61,987 nt of DNA, taken from Eubacteriales bacterium (lineage in GTDB: Bacteria > Bacillota > Clostridia > Oscillospirales > CAG-272). Made by a program: the position numbers and the translations under genes. Where the stretch lies: assembly GCA_045533775.1 (NCBI GenBank), contig JAZSIK010000054.1, forward strand, positions 1 through 61,987, read 5' to 3'. Shown piece after piece: positions 24,584-32,578 of this stretch (its first letter is position 1; each line of letters opens with the position of its first letter). A model generated the notes under the pieces. It was not told where the DNA came from. It was given only the letters and a program-made list of their open reading frames with translations, and did no database searches.

Positions 24584-24658
24584 TGGTGACCCGTACGGGA
24601 ATCGAACCCATGTTTTCAGCGTGAGAGGCTGATGTCTTAACCGCTTGACCAACGGGCC
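24584..24658 (-). tRNA. tRNA-Glu (anticodon CUC), CCA encoded
   Basis: The reverse complement reads GGCCCGTTGGTCAAGCGGTTAAGACATCAGCCTCTCACGCTGAAAACATGGGTTCGATTCCCGTACGGGTCACCA. It folds as a cloverleaf with anticodon loop CTCTCAC. The first 26 nt are identical to the Bacillus tRNA-Glu as I remember it. Confidence 0.9.
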
Positions 24659-24678
24659 TTGTTGTGTTCAGCTTGTCT

Positions 24679-24707
24679 ATTATACTATTTTTTTCTCGGT
24701 TTGTCAA
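24679..24707 (-). promoter_or_regulatory. Consensus SigA promoter for tRNA-Glu
   Basis: On the minus strand: TTGACA (24707-24702), 17-nt spacer, TATAAT (24684-24679). About 20 nt upstream of the tRNA 5' end. Confidence 0.7.
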
Positions 24708-24922
24708 GGGGTTTTGAAAAGTTTTTTTATTTTTTTGTCAAAAAACTTTTTCCTTTCAAAAAATACAAGAAAATGGCGGTTTTTTAGGGGTTTTCGGTTA
24801 GTTTTTTTATATTTTTCTATTGATTTTAGTATCAGAAAATGATAAAATTATGGTGTTAAAGTATAATTTGTCGGTAAAATGTTGTCTCATCCGACAGAAA
24901 TCTCAGACAAAAGGAGAACACT

Positions 24923-25762
24923 ATGGACACTTCAAGACTTAATCCCGTAATACGCTCTATCTCGCTGTACGAAAAAATCAACCGCACCGACGAGTGCGTT
25001 GGCTATGACTGCCGTGTGATCTATATTATCTCAGGAGAGCTGACCGCCCAGGTCGGAGGTGAAAAGTTGGGGCATATGGCACCCGGCAATCTGCTCTATA
25101 TTCCCGCCGGAGTGAGCTACAAGCTGAAGAGCAAATATATGAGGGCGGTGGTGATCACCTTTGACCCCTATGACACCAACCCCGAGCCGACGGAGCGCCT
25201 ATTGCCTGTGGCTGTGGGTGACTACGACGAGAGCCTATGTCACCGTGACGGAGTTGAGGGCATACTCGCCCGTCATATTTTCCTGCCGGATATGGAGTCC
25301 GAGCGAGACAACTTTATCCGTATGGCAAACATATTTACCTCCGCGGAGGGGCATTACAGGGCTCAGCTGTCGGCTATGTTCAAGCTACTGCTTCTGAAGA
25401 TCATTGAGACCGCAGACGAGAACGCCCTGCCCGCCCGTATGGTTGAGGAGCTGGCAAGCTACATCAGAGAAAATGTCTCCGACGAGATCTCAAACACCGA
25501 GATCGGCGCCATCTTCGGCTATCATCCTTTCTATGTGAGCCGTATGCTGAAGGATCGCAAGGGTATGACCCTGCGCCAATACATAATCGCCTACCGTCTG
25601 AAAATGGCAAAGCGACTGCTGGAGCTGTCGCAAAAGAGTGCGGCGGAGATCGCCGAGGAGTGCGGTTTTACCGACGCGTCCTATTTTGCAAAGACGTTCA
25701 AGGCTGCTTTTGGTATGACTCCCAAGGAGTACAGGAACAGCTTTAAGGATGATTTTATTTGA
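24923..25762 (+). CDS. AraC-family transcriptional regulator (cupin sensor plus HTH)
   Basis: The C terminus IAEECGFTDASYFAKTFKAAFGMTPKEYR is a typical AraC HTH. The N-terminal part is cupin-like. Confidence 0.9.
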   Translation: MDTSRLNPVIRSISLYEKINRTDECVGYDCRVIYIISGELTAQVGGEKLGHMAPGNLLYIPAGVSYKLKSKYMRAVVITFDPYDTNPEPTERLLPVAVGDYDESLCHRDGVEGILARHIFLPDMESERDNFIRMANIFTSAEGHYRAQLSAMFKLLLLKIIETADENALPARMVEELASYIRENVSDEISNTEIGAIFGYHPFYVSRMLKDRKGMTLRQYIIAYRLKMAKRLLELSQKSAAEIAEECGFTDASYFAKTFKAAFGMTPKEYRNSFKDDFI

Positions 25763-25802
25763 TTTTTTGTAAACTCTACTTGACATTTGCAAGGAAAACA
25801 CT

Positions 25803-27176
25803 ATGAAAATAAAGAAAAACGACATATTTGTGTCGGAGATTGTTGATATAACAAACCTGGGCTTTGGCATTGCCAAGGCTGGTGGCATCGTGGTTTTTGT
25901 CGCCGACTGTGTGCCCGGGGATGTGGCAAAAATTAAGATAATTAAGGCAGGCTCATCCTACGCGGTCGGTCGGGTGGAGGAGTATATCAGCCACTCTGTG
26001 AGGCGAGTGGAGGGCAGATGTGACAACCACGCCTGCCGCAGCTGTGCCTACAAGTGCCTGTCCTATCAGCACGAGAAGGAGCTGAAGGAGGAGTCTGTGC
26101 GTCAGATCTTCAAGAAAAGCGGCCTTAGCGAGGTGAAAATTGCCCCGATAGTAGGCTCACCTACCGAGCGCGAGTACAGAAACAAGGCGCAGTATCCCGT
26201 GGCTATGGGCAAAAACGGTGAGTATATTATCGGCTTTTACGCCCCCAAGAGCCACAGAGTGACCGAGGCGGCGAGCTGCCCTCTTGCGCCCGAGATTTTT
26301 GGCGAGATATGTGAGACCCTGCGTCTTTTGTTCGCCCGTTTTTCGCTCTCCGTCTACAACGAGGAGTCGGGCGAGGGACTTCTGCGCCACATTTATCTGC
26401 GCCGCGGTGAGATCAGCGGCGAGGTGCTTTTGACTCTTGTGGTCAACGGCTCTTCCCTGCCCCATTCTGACGAGATCGTTGCTTCGCTGTGCGAGAGATT
26501 TCCCGAGCTGGTGGGCATTCTGCTGAATGTGAACACCCGCAACACTAATATAATTCTCGGTGAGGAATATCTGACCCTTTACGGCAGAAACTATATATTT
26601 GACACCCTGGGCGGTGTGGCGCTGAAGATCACTGCGCCCTCATTTTATCAGGTAAATCACTCGGCGGCAGAACTGCTGTACGCCAAGGCAAAGGAGCTTG
26701 CCGCTCCTACAAAGGAGGATCTTCTGCTTGACCTCTACTGCGGCGCGGGCTCTATCGGTCTGTCTATGGCAGATCTGGCAGGTGAGGTTATCGGCATTGA
26801 GATCGTGGAGAGCGCGGTGGAGTGCGCCACCTTTAATGCCGAGATAAATCACATCGCCAACGCCTCCTTCTATGCGGGTAATGCCAGCGAGGCAGCAAGG
26901 CTGCTGGCACCGGCTGAGGCTCTTCGCGGCGAGAGGATAAAGCCGGATATTGTTATCCTTGACCCTCCGAGAGGCGGCACAACTGCATCTCTTATCGCCC
27001 ACATCGCTTCCCTCGCACCGAGAAAGGTGGTCTACATCTCCTGCAATCCCGCAACGCTTGCGCGCGATATGGTGATTTTCAAGCAGTATGGCTACACCAG
27101 CGACGAGGTGACTCCCTTTGATCTGTTCCCGATGACAGGGCACGTTGAAACTATTGTTTGTCTCTGCAAACAATAG
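25803..27176 (+). CDS. rlmD: 23S rRNA (uracil-5-)-methyltransferase, RumA/RlmD family (TRAM + Fe-S + SAM MTase)
   Basis: N-terminal TRAM domain. Cys cluster CDNHACRSCAYKC. SAM motif LLDLYCGAGSIGL. DPPRGG and SCNPATLARD. Confidence 0.88.
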   Translation: MKIKKNDIFVSEIVDITNLGFGIAKAGGIVVFVADCVPGDVAKIKIIKAGSSYAVGRVEEYISHSVRRVEGRCDNHACRSCAYKCLSYQHEKELKEESVRQIFKKSGLSEVKIAPIVGSPTEREYRNKAQYPVAMGKNGEYIIGFYAPKSHRVTEAASCPLAPEIFGEICETLRLLFARFSLSVYNEESGEGLLRHIYLRRGEISGEVLLTLVVNGSSLPHSDEIVASLCERFPELVGILLNVNTRNTNIILGEEYLTLYGRNYIFDTLGGVALKITAPSFYQVNHSAAELLYAKAKELAAPTKEDLLLDLYCGAGSIGLSMADLAGEVIGIEIVESAVECATFNAEINHIANASFYAGNASEAARLLAPAEALRGERIKPDIVILDPPRGGTTASLIAHIASLAPRKVVYISCNPATLARDMVIFKQYGYTSDEVTPFDLFPMTGHVETIVCLCKQ

Positions 27177-27189
27177 TTTCAACAACTAA

Positions 27190-27364
27190 GTTTGCCCCCA
27201 GGGGCAAGTGAAGTTGCCTTCGGCAGTGAAGTTCACTGCGTGAGTGAAGTTTCGCCTGACGGCGAAGTGGGGCAAACTTAACTTCACTTTGCGAGTGATG
27301 CGAGCAAAACTTCACTGTGAGCGAAGCGAACAACTTCACTACGAGCGAGAGCGAGTAACTTCAC
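27190..27364 (+). repeat. Array of GTGAAGTT octamers switching to the complement AACTTCAC
   Basis: GTGAAGTT at 27208, 27226 and 27244, with a degenerate copy at 27262 (18-nt period). AACTTCAC at 27280, 27308, 27332 and 27357. Flanking inverted repeat gtttgcccc (27190) / ggggcaaac (27270). Confidence 0.75.
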
Positions 27365-27387
27365 CAAAAACCAAAAGGAGAAAGACA

Positions 27388-27741
27388 ATGAAAGATTCAG
27401 AACTGCGTGCAAGAGCCAAAGCATTGGCTTTGCATATAATCGCTGTCTGCGATGAGGTGGATACGCGCAAAGGCAGAGGTGTGCTTGTTAATCAAATTTT
27501 CAGAAGTGCCACTTCTATCGGTGCAAATATCCACGAAGCCAACTATGCTGCCAGCAAAGCTGACTTTATAAACAAATTTCATATTGCACTCAAAGAATGT
27601 GGTGAAACAGAATATTGGATTGAAATGCTTGTCGGCTCAAATGCAATAAGCGAACAAACAGCAAAAGAACTTTTGCAGGAATGCGGTGTCATTCGCCGTA
27701 TGCTTGTCAAATCCATCACCACCGCAAAGGAAAACAGATAA
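27388..27741 (+). CDS. Four-helix-bundle protein (23S rRNA intervening-sequence protein / Avd-like family)
   Basis: 117 aa from ATG 27388 (SD aaggag). RSATSIGANIHEA...KADFINKFHIALKECGETEYWIEML is the family signature. Confidence 0.85.
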   Translation: MKDSELRARAKALALHIIAVCDEVDTRKGRGVLVNQIFRSATSIGANIHEANYAASKADFINKFHIALKECGETEYWIEMLVGSNAISEQTAKELLQECGVIRRMLVKSITTAKENR

Positions 27742-27754
27742 GAACAACTGTGAG

Positions 27755-27811
27755 TTTTGAGCAAAGCTCAAAAAATACAATTTACAGCAGTTTGGTATAA
27801 CATATTGAAAG
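27755..27811 (+). repeat. Leader repeat R1 copy a, containing the palindrome TTTTGAGC-AAA-GCTCAAAA
   Basis: About 48 of 57 nt identical to 28430-28485. Ends at the SD of the 27823 ORF. Confidence 0.7.
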
Positions 27812-27822
27812 GAGAGCCTTTA

Positions 27823-28248
27823 ATGAACAAACTAAGAATTATTGACAATCTGAAAATACTTGAAGAAATTGACAAGGTGGCAATAGAAGCATCCCTTATT
27901 TGCGATTGTGGTAACGAATGGTTTTATGTATTGCATACGGGCAAGAAAACAAAAGGACTCCTTAGCCCTTGGCTGGTAAAAAGCAACAAGCAAATCTCCG
28001 TTATGTGCAAATGTAGGGACTGTGGTAAAAAAATAACCGTATGTGACACCACAATTGATGGCTTAAAGCCATTATATATTGATAAACCCGACTACGCGGA
28101 ACTAGAAATAAAAGGTAAAAACATATTCAAAATTATTCTTTATTACAATTATCAAGAAAAGGACTATCTGACAAATCGCTTTTACGATTGCTTTATACAT
28201 GCGATAGACGAGGAAGGCAAAAAGCGAATACTGTATGAAGGTTGGTAA
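27823..28248 (+). CDS. Hypothetical Cys-rich (zinc-ribbon-like) protein
   Basis: 141 aa from ATG 27823 with SD aaggagag. Cys pairs CDCG...CKCRDCG. Confidence 0.5.
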   Translation: MNKLRIIDNLKILEEIDKVAIEASLICDCGNEWFYVLHTGKKTKGLLSPWLVKSNKQISVMCKCRDCGKKITVCDTTIDGLKPLYIDKPDYAELEIKGKNIFKIILYYNYQEKDYLTNRFYDCFIHAIDEEGKKRILYEGW

Positions 28249-28255
28249 TAAATAT

Positions 28256-28303
28256 ACCTTTTGGCTTTACAGCCGCGTGGAGAATGTCGTTTGTCTGACG
28301 AGA
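28256..28303 (+). repeat. Repeat R2 copy a
   Basis: accttttgg...cgtggagaatgt... is roughly 70% identical to 30787-30835. Confidence 0.55.
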
Positions 28304-28429
28304 AAATAAGCCAAAATCGGCTCAAAATGGGCAAAATCAAGCCGTTTTAAGCGATTTTGAGATAAAAATTCAAAAAATTAGTGTTCAAAGTTAAAAAATG
28401 CCCCAAGTTTGCGTTGGGACAAATAATGA

Positions 28430-28485
28430 TTTTGAGCGAAACTCGAAACTTCAATTTACATCTGTTTGGTATAACATATCGAAAG
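28430..28485 (+). repeat. Leader repeat R1 copy b
   Basis: ttttgagcgaaactcgaaacttcaatttacatctgtttggtataacatatcgaaag lies upstream of the restriction gene. Confidence 0.7.
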
Positions 28486-28519
28486 AAACAAAAATAAATT
28501 AAATTAGGAGAATGAAATA

Positions 28520-29395
28520 GTGAAAGCATTTAGAGATTATCAACCAGAAGAACGTAGAAATTACATAACATTATCAACAGGCGAATATTACCCAGATATT
28601 TTAGAGGATGCTTGCAGATTGTATTCTTCTGTATTAGAAACTTTCTCTCAATTACTCAATCGTTCCGAGAGTTCTAGTGCATTGTTTATGAATATCTCTG
28701 CTGTTCCTACTCAATGGATGAGAATCCAATTATGTAGAGTGTTCAGAAAATATGTGTCTCCCGAAACTCCAGTTGAGATGTTAAAAAAGAAGTCACAAGC
28801 TAAAAGGATCTGCGAAGATTTTGGAGACGGGTTCCGTCCTATCCATATAGTACAAGCAAAATTTGATTCTCGCCCTATGCCCGATGAGGCACTTTGTGCA
28901 GTTCTCTGGGAGTACAAGGATAGAGGTAAAAAAGGTTATGATTTAACCGACAAATTTTTTGATATGATTCAAGGAAAATTTCCCGATTTGAGCATCTGGG
29001 GTCCACGTGGTGCCGGTGCTGATGTTCAAGCAAAATCCATTTGGAGCGATTATCCAAACAATAGCAGACCTCTTGATTTCGTTATATCCTCCGATGATAA
29101 AAAAATCATCTATGCCGTCGGTTTGGCAAGATATGATGGAGACCGTGGAGGAGCGCAAGAGGATGATAGGACTGGCGGTTATAAGAACTGCGCTGATGAA
29201 GTTTTGGAATATGTACACTCTCATGGCTTGAATACAAAGGTTATTTTCTTGAATGACGGACCTGGGTTGCTCCTTGGCTCAATGTGGGAGGACTATTCTC
29301 GAATTGAGGAACGACACCCGAACGAAGTTAAGGTTATCACTCTGCGAATGATCGAGGAACGACTCACAAAATGTTGGTTAAAAGGAGAAGAGTAA
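28520..29395 (+). CDS. Putative type II restriction endonuclease (family not identified)
   Basis: GTG start with SD aggag. The stop abuts the methyltransferase ATG. Possible PD-(D/E)xK region PLDFVISSDDKKIIYAVGLARYDG. The call is mainly positional. Confidence 0.5.
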   Translation: MKAFRDYQPEERRNYITLSTGEYYPDILEDACRLYSSVLETFSQLLNRSESSSALFMNISAVPTQWMRIQLCRVFRKYVSPETPVEMLKKKSQAKRICEDFGDGFRPIHIVQAKFDSRPMPDEALCAVLWEYKDRGKKGYDLTDKFFDMIQGKFPDLSIWGPRGAGADVQAKSIWSDYPNNSRPLDFVISSDDKKIIYAVGLARYDGDRGGAQEDDRTGGYKNCADEVLEYVHSHGLNTKVIFLNDGPGLLLGSMWEDYSRIEERHPNEVKVITLRMIEERLTKCWLKGEE

Positions 29396-30655
29396 ATGGC
29401 AACAGGAGTTTCATCTAAGAACGGGGTAAAAAAAAGCAAAGTTCCTGTTTTCCTGACCTATGAAGGTAAGGAGGATGTTGCTACTATTTTAACTCAATCT
29501 TTCAATCAGTACGAGGTACAGACATCCATAAACGGTGATGGAGACAACAGATTTTATTTTGGTGATAATTTGGATGTGCTTCTTTACTTACTGAACAACG
29601 GTTATAAAGGGAAAATCCGTCTTGTATATATTGACCCACCATTTGCCACCACATCCGTGTTTGTGAACAGAGACCAAGAACACGCATACAGTGATTCACT
29701 TTCCGGCGGTGAGTTTGTTGAGTTCCTACGACAGAGATTGATACTAATTAGAGAACTGCTTGCAGAAGATGGTTCAATTTATCTACATTTGGATAACAAG
29801 ATGGCCTTTACCATGAAACTCATTATGGATGAAATTTTTGGTGAGAATAACTGCCGAGCATTTATAACTCGTAAAAAATGCAGTACCAAGAATTACACCA
29901 AAAACACATACGGTAATATTTCTGACTATATCATGTTCTATTCCAAGACGGACAAGTATGTATGGAATAGACCTTTTGAACCTTGGGAATATGAGAAAAT
30001 GGTTGAGCAATACCCATGTGTTGATGAACAGGGACGAAGGTACAAAAAAGTTCCAGTTCATGCTCCCGGTTTGAGAAATGGTGAAACAGGAAAAGAGTGG
30101 AGAGGTAAAATGCCTCCCAAAGGCAAGCATTGGCAATACACTCCCGACAAACTGGATGAACTGGATGCTGCAGGCGAGATTTATTGGAGTCCGACAGGAA
30201 ATCCAAGACGAATGGTATTCTGCGATCCATCTAAGGGCATTCCTGTTCAAGATATTTGGATGGATTACAGAGACTCTATCAATCAAGCTCAGAAAACCAC
30301 TGGATATCCAACCGAAAAGAATTTTGATATGCTCAGAATGATTGTTGAGGCATCTTCCAATGTGGGAGACCTTGTAATGGATTGCTTTGCAGGTAGTGGC
30401 ACAACTCTCGGTGCAGCATTTGAAACGGGGAGACAATGGATTGGTGTTGATAATAGTCCTGAAAGCTTGAAAGCAATTTTAAAGAGATTTGTCAAAGGAC
30501 TTGAAGTGTATGGCGATTACGTCAATAGTAGTAATTGCGCCCAAATTACTATGGATTTAATGGAGAAATGTGGATTCTCTATCTTTTCATGCCAAGAGAT
30601 GTCAACAATTGTGCAAGAAATTTGTAGGCAAGCAACTAATACAACCGAATTATGA
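29396..30655 (+). CDS. Beta-class N6-adenine (or N4-cytosine) DNA methyltransferase
   Basis: Motif IV VYIDPPFATT precedes motif I DCFAGSGTTLGAA, the N6_N4_Mtase architecture. Confidence 0.88.
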   Translation: MATGVSSKNGVKKSKVPVFLTYEGKEDVATILTQSFNQYEVQTSINGDGDNRFYFGDNLDVLLYLLNNGYKGKIRLVYIDPPFATTSVFVNRDQEHAYSDSLSGGEFVEFLRQRLILIRELLAEDGSIYLHLDNKMAFTMKLIMDEIFGENNCRAFITRKKCSTKNYTKNTYGNISDYIMFYSKTDKYVWNRPFEPWEYEKMVEQYPCVDEQGRRYKKVPVHAPGLRNGETGKEWRGKMPPKGKHWQYTPDKLDELDAAGEIYWSPTGNPRRMVFCDPSKGIPVQDIWMDYRDSINQAQKTTGYPTEKNFDMLRMIVEASSNVGDLVMDCFAGSGTTLGAAFETGRQWIGVDNSPESLKAILKRFVKGLEVYGDYVNSSNCAQITMDLMEKCGFSIFSCQEMSTIVQEICRQATNTTEL

Positions 30656-30786
30656 TATGTTTCCAAGAACCGAGTCGCCAGTTTAACTAATGATGACTTG
30701 TGCCGAAATTTAGGGACAAATGATGATTTCCACCTATAAAATGAGACTTTTTGGAGTTTCCACCCCCGTTTTTGACCTATTTTGAG

Positions 30787-30835
30787 ACCTTTTGGAGCCC
30801 CCACCCACGTGGAGAATGTGGTGTGTATTGAGAGG
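30787..30835 (+). repeat. Repeat R2 copy b
   Basis: accttttgg...cgtggagaatgtggtgtgtattgagagg runs into the SD of the Mrr-type gene. Confidence 0.55.
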
Positions 30836-30842
30836 ATATAAA

Positions 30843-32042
30843 ATGAAAAAACCTAGATTAAAAGACTATGGATTAACCAAAGAAATTATAGAAAATCACA
30901 AATTGCAGGTTTGTAAATATGAAGCGGCTAAAAGCAAGGCGGAAGAAGAGAATCAAAGTCACAATAGATATTTAATTGTTTGCATTTCTATAGTGGTTAT
31001 TCTTGCTTTAGTTGCTTACGTTTTAATCCTTGCTAATGTTTCAGAGCCCCTAAGTGCTTTTATTGCAATATTGATTATTCACACCCTAGTTTTAGGATAT
31101 CTGACCAACAAAGACAAAACCGAAATTGCAATAATTCCTTCCTTCTTCACCGCATTAGTGTTAAGTGCAACTATGCCAATGATATCAATTGGGGTTGCTG
31201 TCTTTTTACAGTGTTGCGACAACAAAAAAGCAACAGTTCGTCAGGAAGACTATTATAGCGCTGATGTAGAAAAAAATATTCAGGCGTACGAAGATGCAAC
31301 TTTATTATTTAACGAGTGGGTAAAAACAAACAATAAAAATTATTGGATAAATATGACCGGTTATGAATTTGAAAAAGCTGTTGCAGAGTTGTATTCAAAA
31401 CAAGGATATTGTGCAAAAACAACCTCATACAGCGGTGACGGTGGAGTTGACATTATTCTCACTAAGGATAATTCCAAAATTGCAGTACAATGCAAGCACC
31501 ATTCAAAACCGGTCGGCCCCAATGATGTACGTGCCTTAATGGGAGTGGTTGCTAGCCAAGGATTTGACAGAGGCATTTTTGTTTCCTTAAATGGATTTAC
31601 ACAAACCGTTAACACCGAAGTTCGCAAATCAAAGATTGCTATTGAATTAGTTGATTTAGATAGAATACTTTTATTAGTTCAAAATAGTAGTGCAAATGTT
31701 GAAGCGCAAAAGACCAGGCTATCTTCCAAACATACTACATTGGCTCATAATCAAACAGTCTATCATAAAACCTTCAACAAGGGTTACATAAAAGAAATAT
31801 CAGGTAATACTGTAACTGTAAAATTTGATAATTGCGAAAAAAAGTTTGTTATTCCTGATGCTTTCAACGAGGGATTTCTATCAGTAAAGCCCCAAAATGT
31901 TATAAAGAAAACAGAGTCTCAAAATTCAAAAAACACTTCCTTTGATAAAGTTGATACAAATAATCAAACAAAAAAAGTTTGCATGGGCAACTGTTCTATA
32001 TGCAAGCGTGATGTTTGCATAGAAGATAGTTGGAACAGTTGA
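30843..32042 (+). CDS. Membrane-anchored Mrr-type restriction endonuclease with a C-terminal Tudor-like motif and Cys cluster
   Basis: ATG 30843 (SD gagagga). Three or four TM helices. Mrr_cat GYEFEKAVAELY...GDGGVDIILTKDNSKIAVQCKH...VRALMG. C terminus VYHKTFNKGYIKEISGNTVTVKF. CMGNCSICKRDVC. Confidence 0.75.
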   Translation: MKKPRLKDYGLTKEIIENHKLQVCKYEAAKSKAEEENQSHNRYLIVCISIVVILALVAYVLILANVSEPLSAFIAILIIHTLVLGYLTNKDKTEIAIIPSFFTALVLSATMPMISIGVAVFLQCCDNKKATVRQEDYYSADVEKNIQAYEDATLLFNEWVKTNNKNYWINMTGYEFEKAVAELYSKQGYCAKTTSYSGDGGVDIILTKDNSKIAVQCKHHSKPVGPNDVRALMGVVASQGFDRGIFVSLNGFTQTVNTEVRKSKIAIELVDLDRILLLVQNSSANVEAQKTRLSSKHTTLAHNQTVYHKTFNKGYIKEISGNTVTVKFDNCEKKFVIPDAFNEGFLSVKPQNVIKKTESQNSKNTSFDKVDTNNQTKKVCMGNCSICKRDVCIEDSWNS

Positions 32043-32057
32043 ACATGCTTAAGACAA

Positions 32058-32513
32058 ATGACAACGATTAACATGAAATTAACTATAAAGCATTTTGACG
32101 AGCTGACGGCTCGGGAATTATATGAAATAGTGAGAGCGAGGCAGGAGATATTCCTGATGGAGCAGAGGATAATTTGCCGCGATTTTGACGGCATTGACTA
32201 TAATTGTTTACATTGTTGCCTTTTGGAAGGCGAAAAAGTGGTTGCATATATGCGCGCCTTTATACAGGAGGGCGAGATACATCTGGGCAGATTTCTGACG
32301 GTGCGGCACGGCGAGGGGCTTGGCAGGCGGCTTATGGAGGAGTCGTTGCCCGTGGTTAAGGAGAGGCTCGGCTGTGAGATAATAACCTTCCACGCTCAAA
32401 AACACGCCGAGGGCTTCTATCAGAAGCTGGGCTTTGTCACCACCTCGGATGTCTTTCTTGAAGAAGGGATTGAGCACGTTATAATGAGAAATGATGTTGC
32501 CTTGGGCAATTAA
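32058..32513 (+). CDS. GNAT acetyltransferase (ElaA-like)
   Basis: ELTARELYEIVRARQEIFLMEQ...DGIDY..LHC and RHGEGLGRRLM. Alternative start at 32073. Confidence 0.8.
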   Translation: MTTINMKLTIKHFDELTARELYEIVRARQEIFLMEQRIICRDFDGIDYNCLHCCLLEGEKVVAYMRAFIQEGEIHLGRFLTVRHGEGLGRRLMEESLPVVKERLGCEIITFHAQKHAEGFYQKLGFVTTSDVFLEEGIEHVIMRNDVALGN

Positions 32514-32578
32514 TGAATGAAAATGCTGAATGCAGAATGCAGAATTAATTAATTGGTAAGCAATTAACAGGAGTATAT

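Larger units (their letters stand above)
27742..32050. other. AT-rich defence islet (Cys-rich ORF, type II R-M pair, Mrr-type nuclease) inserted between core genes
   Basis: Composition drops by eye relative to the flanking four-helix-bundle and GNAT genes. Contains R-M and Mrr genes. Internal short direct repeats bracket the cassettes. Confidence 0.65.

Noticed and set aside
27388-27741. Avd-like four-helix-bundle gene as part of a diversity-generating retroelement
   Set aside because: No reverse transcriptase ORF and no template/variable repeat pair with adenine-specific differences are visible within the window. The adjacent repeats are short octamers, not a TR/VR pair.
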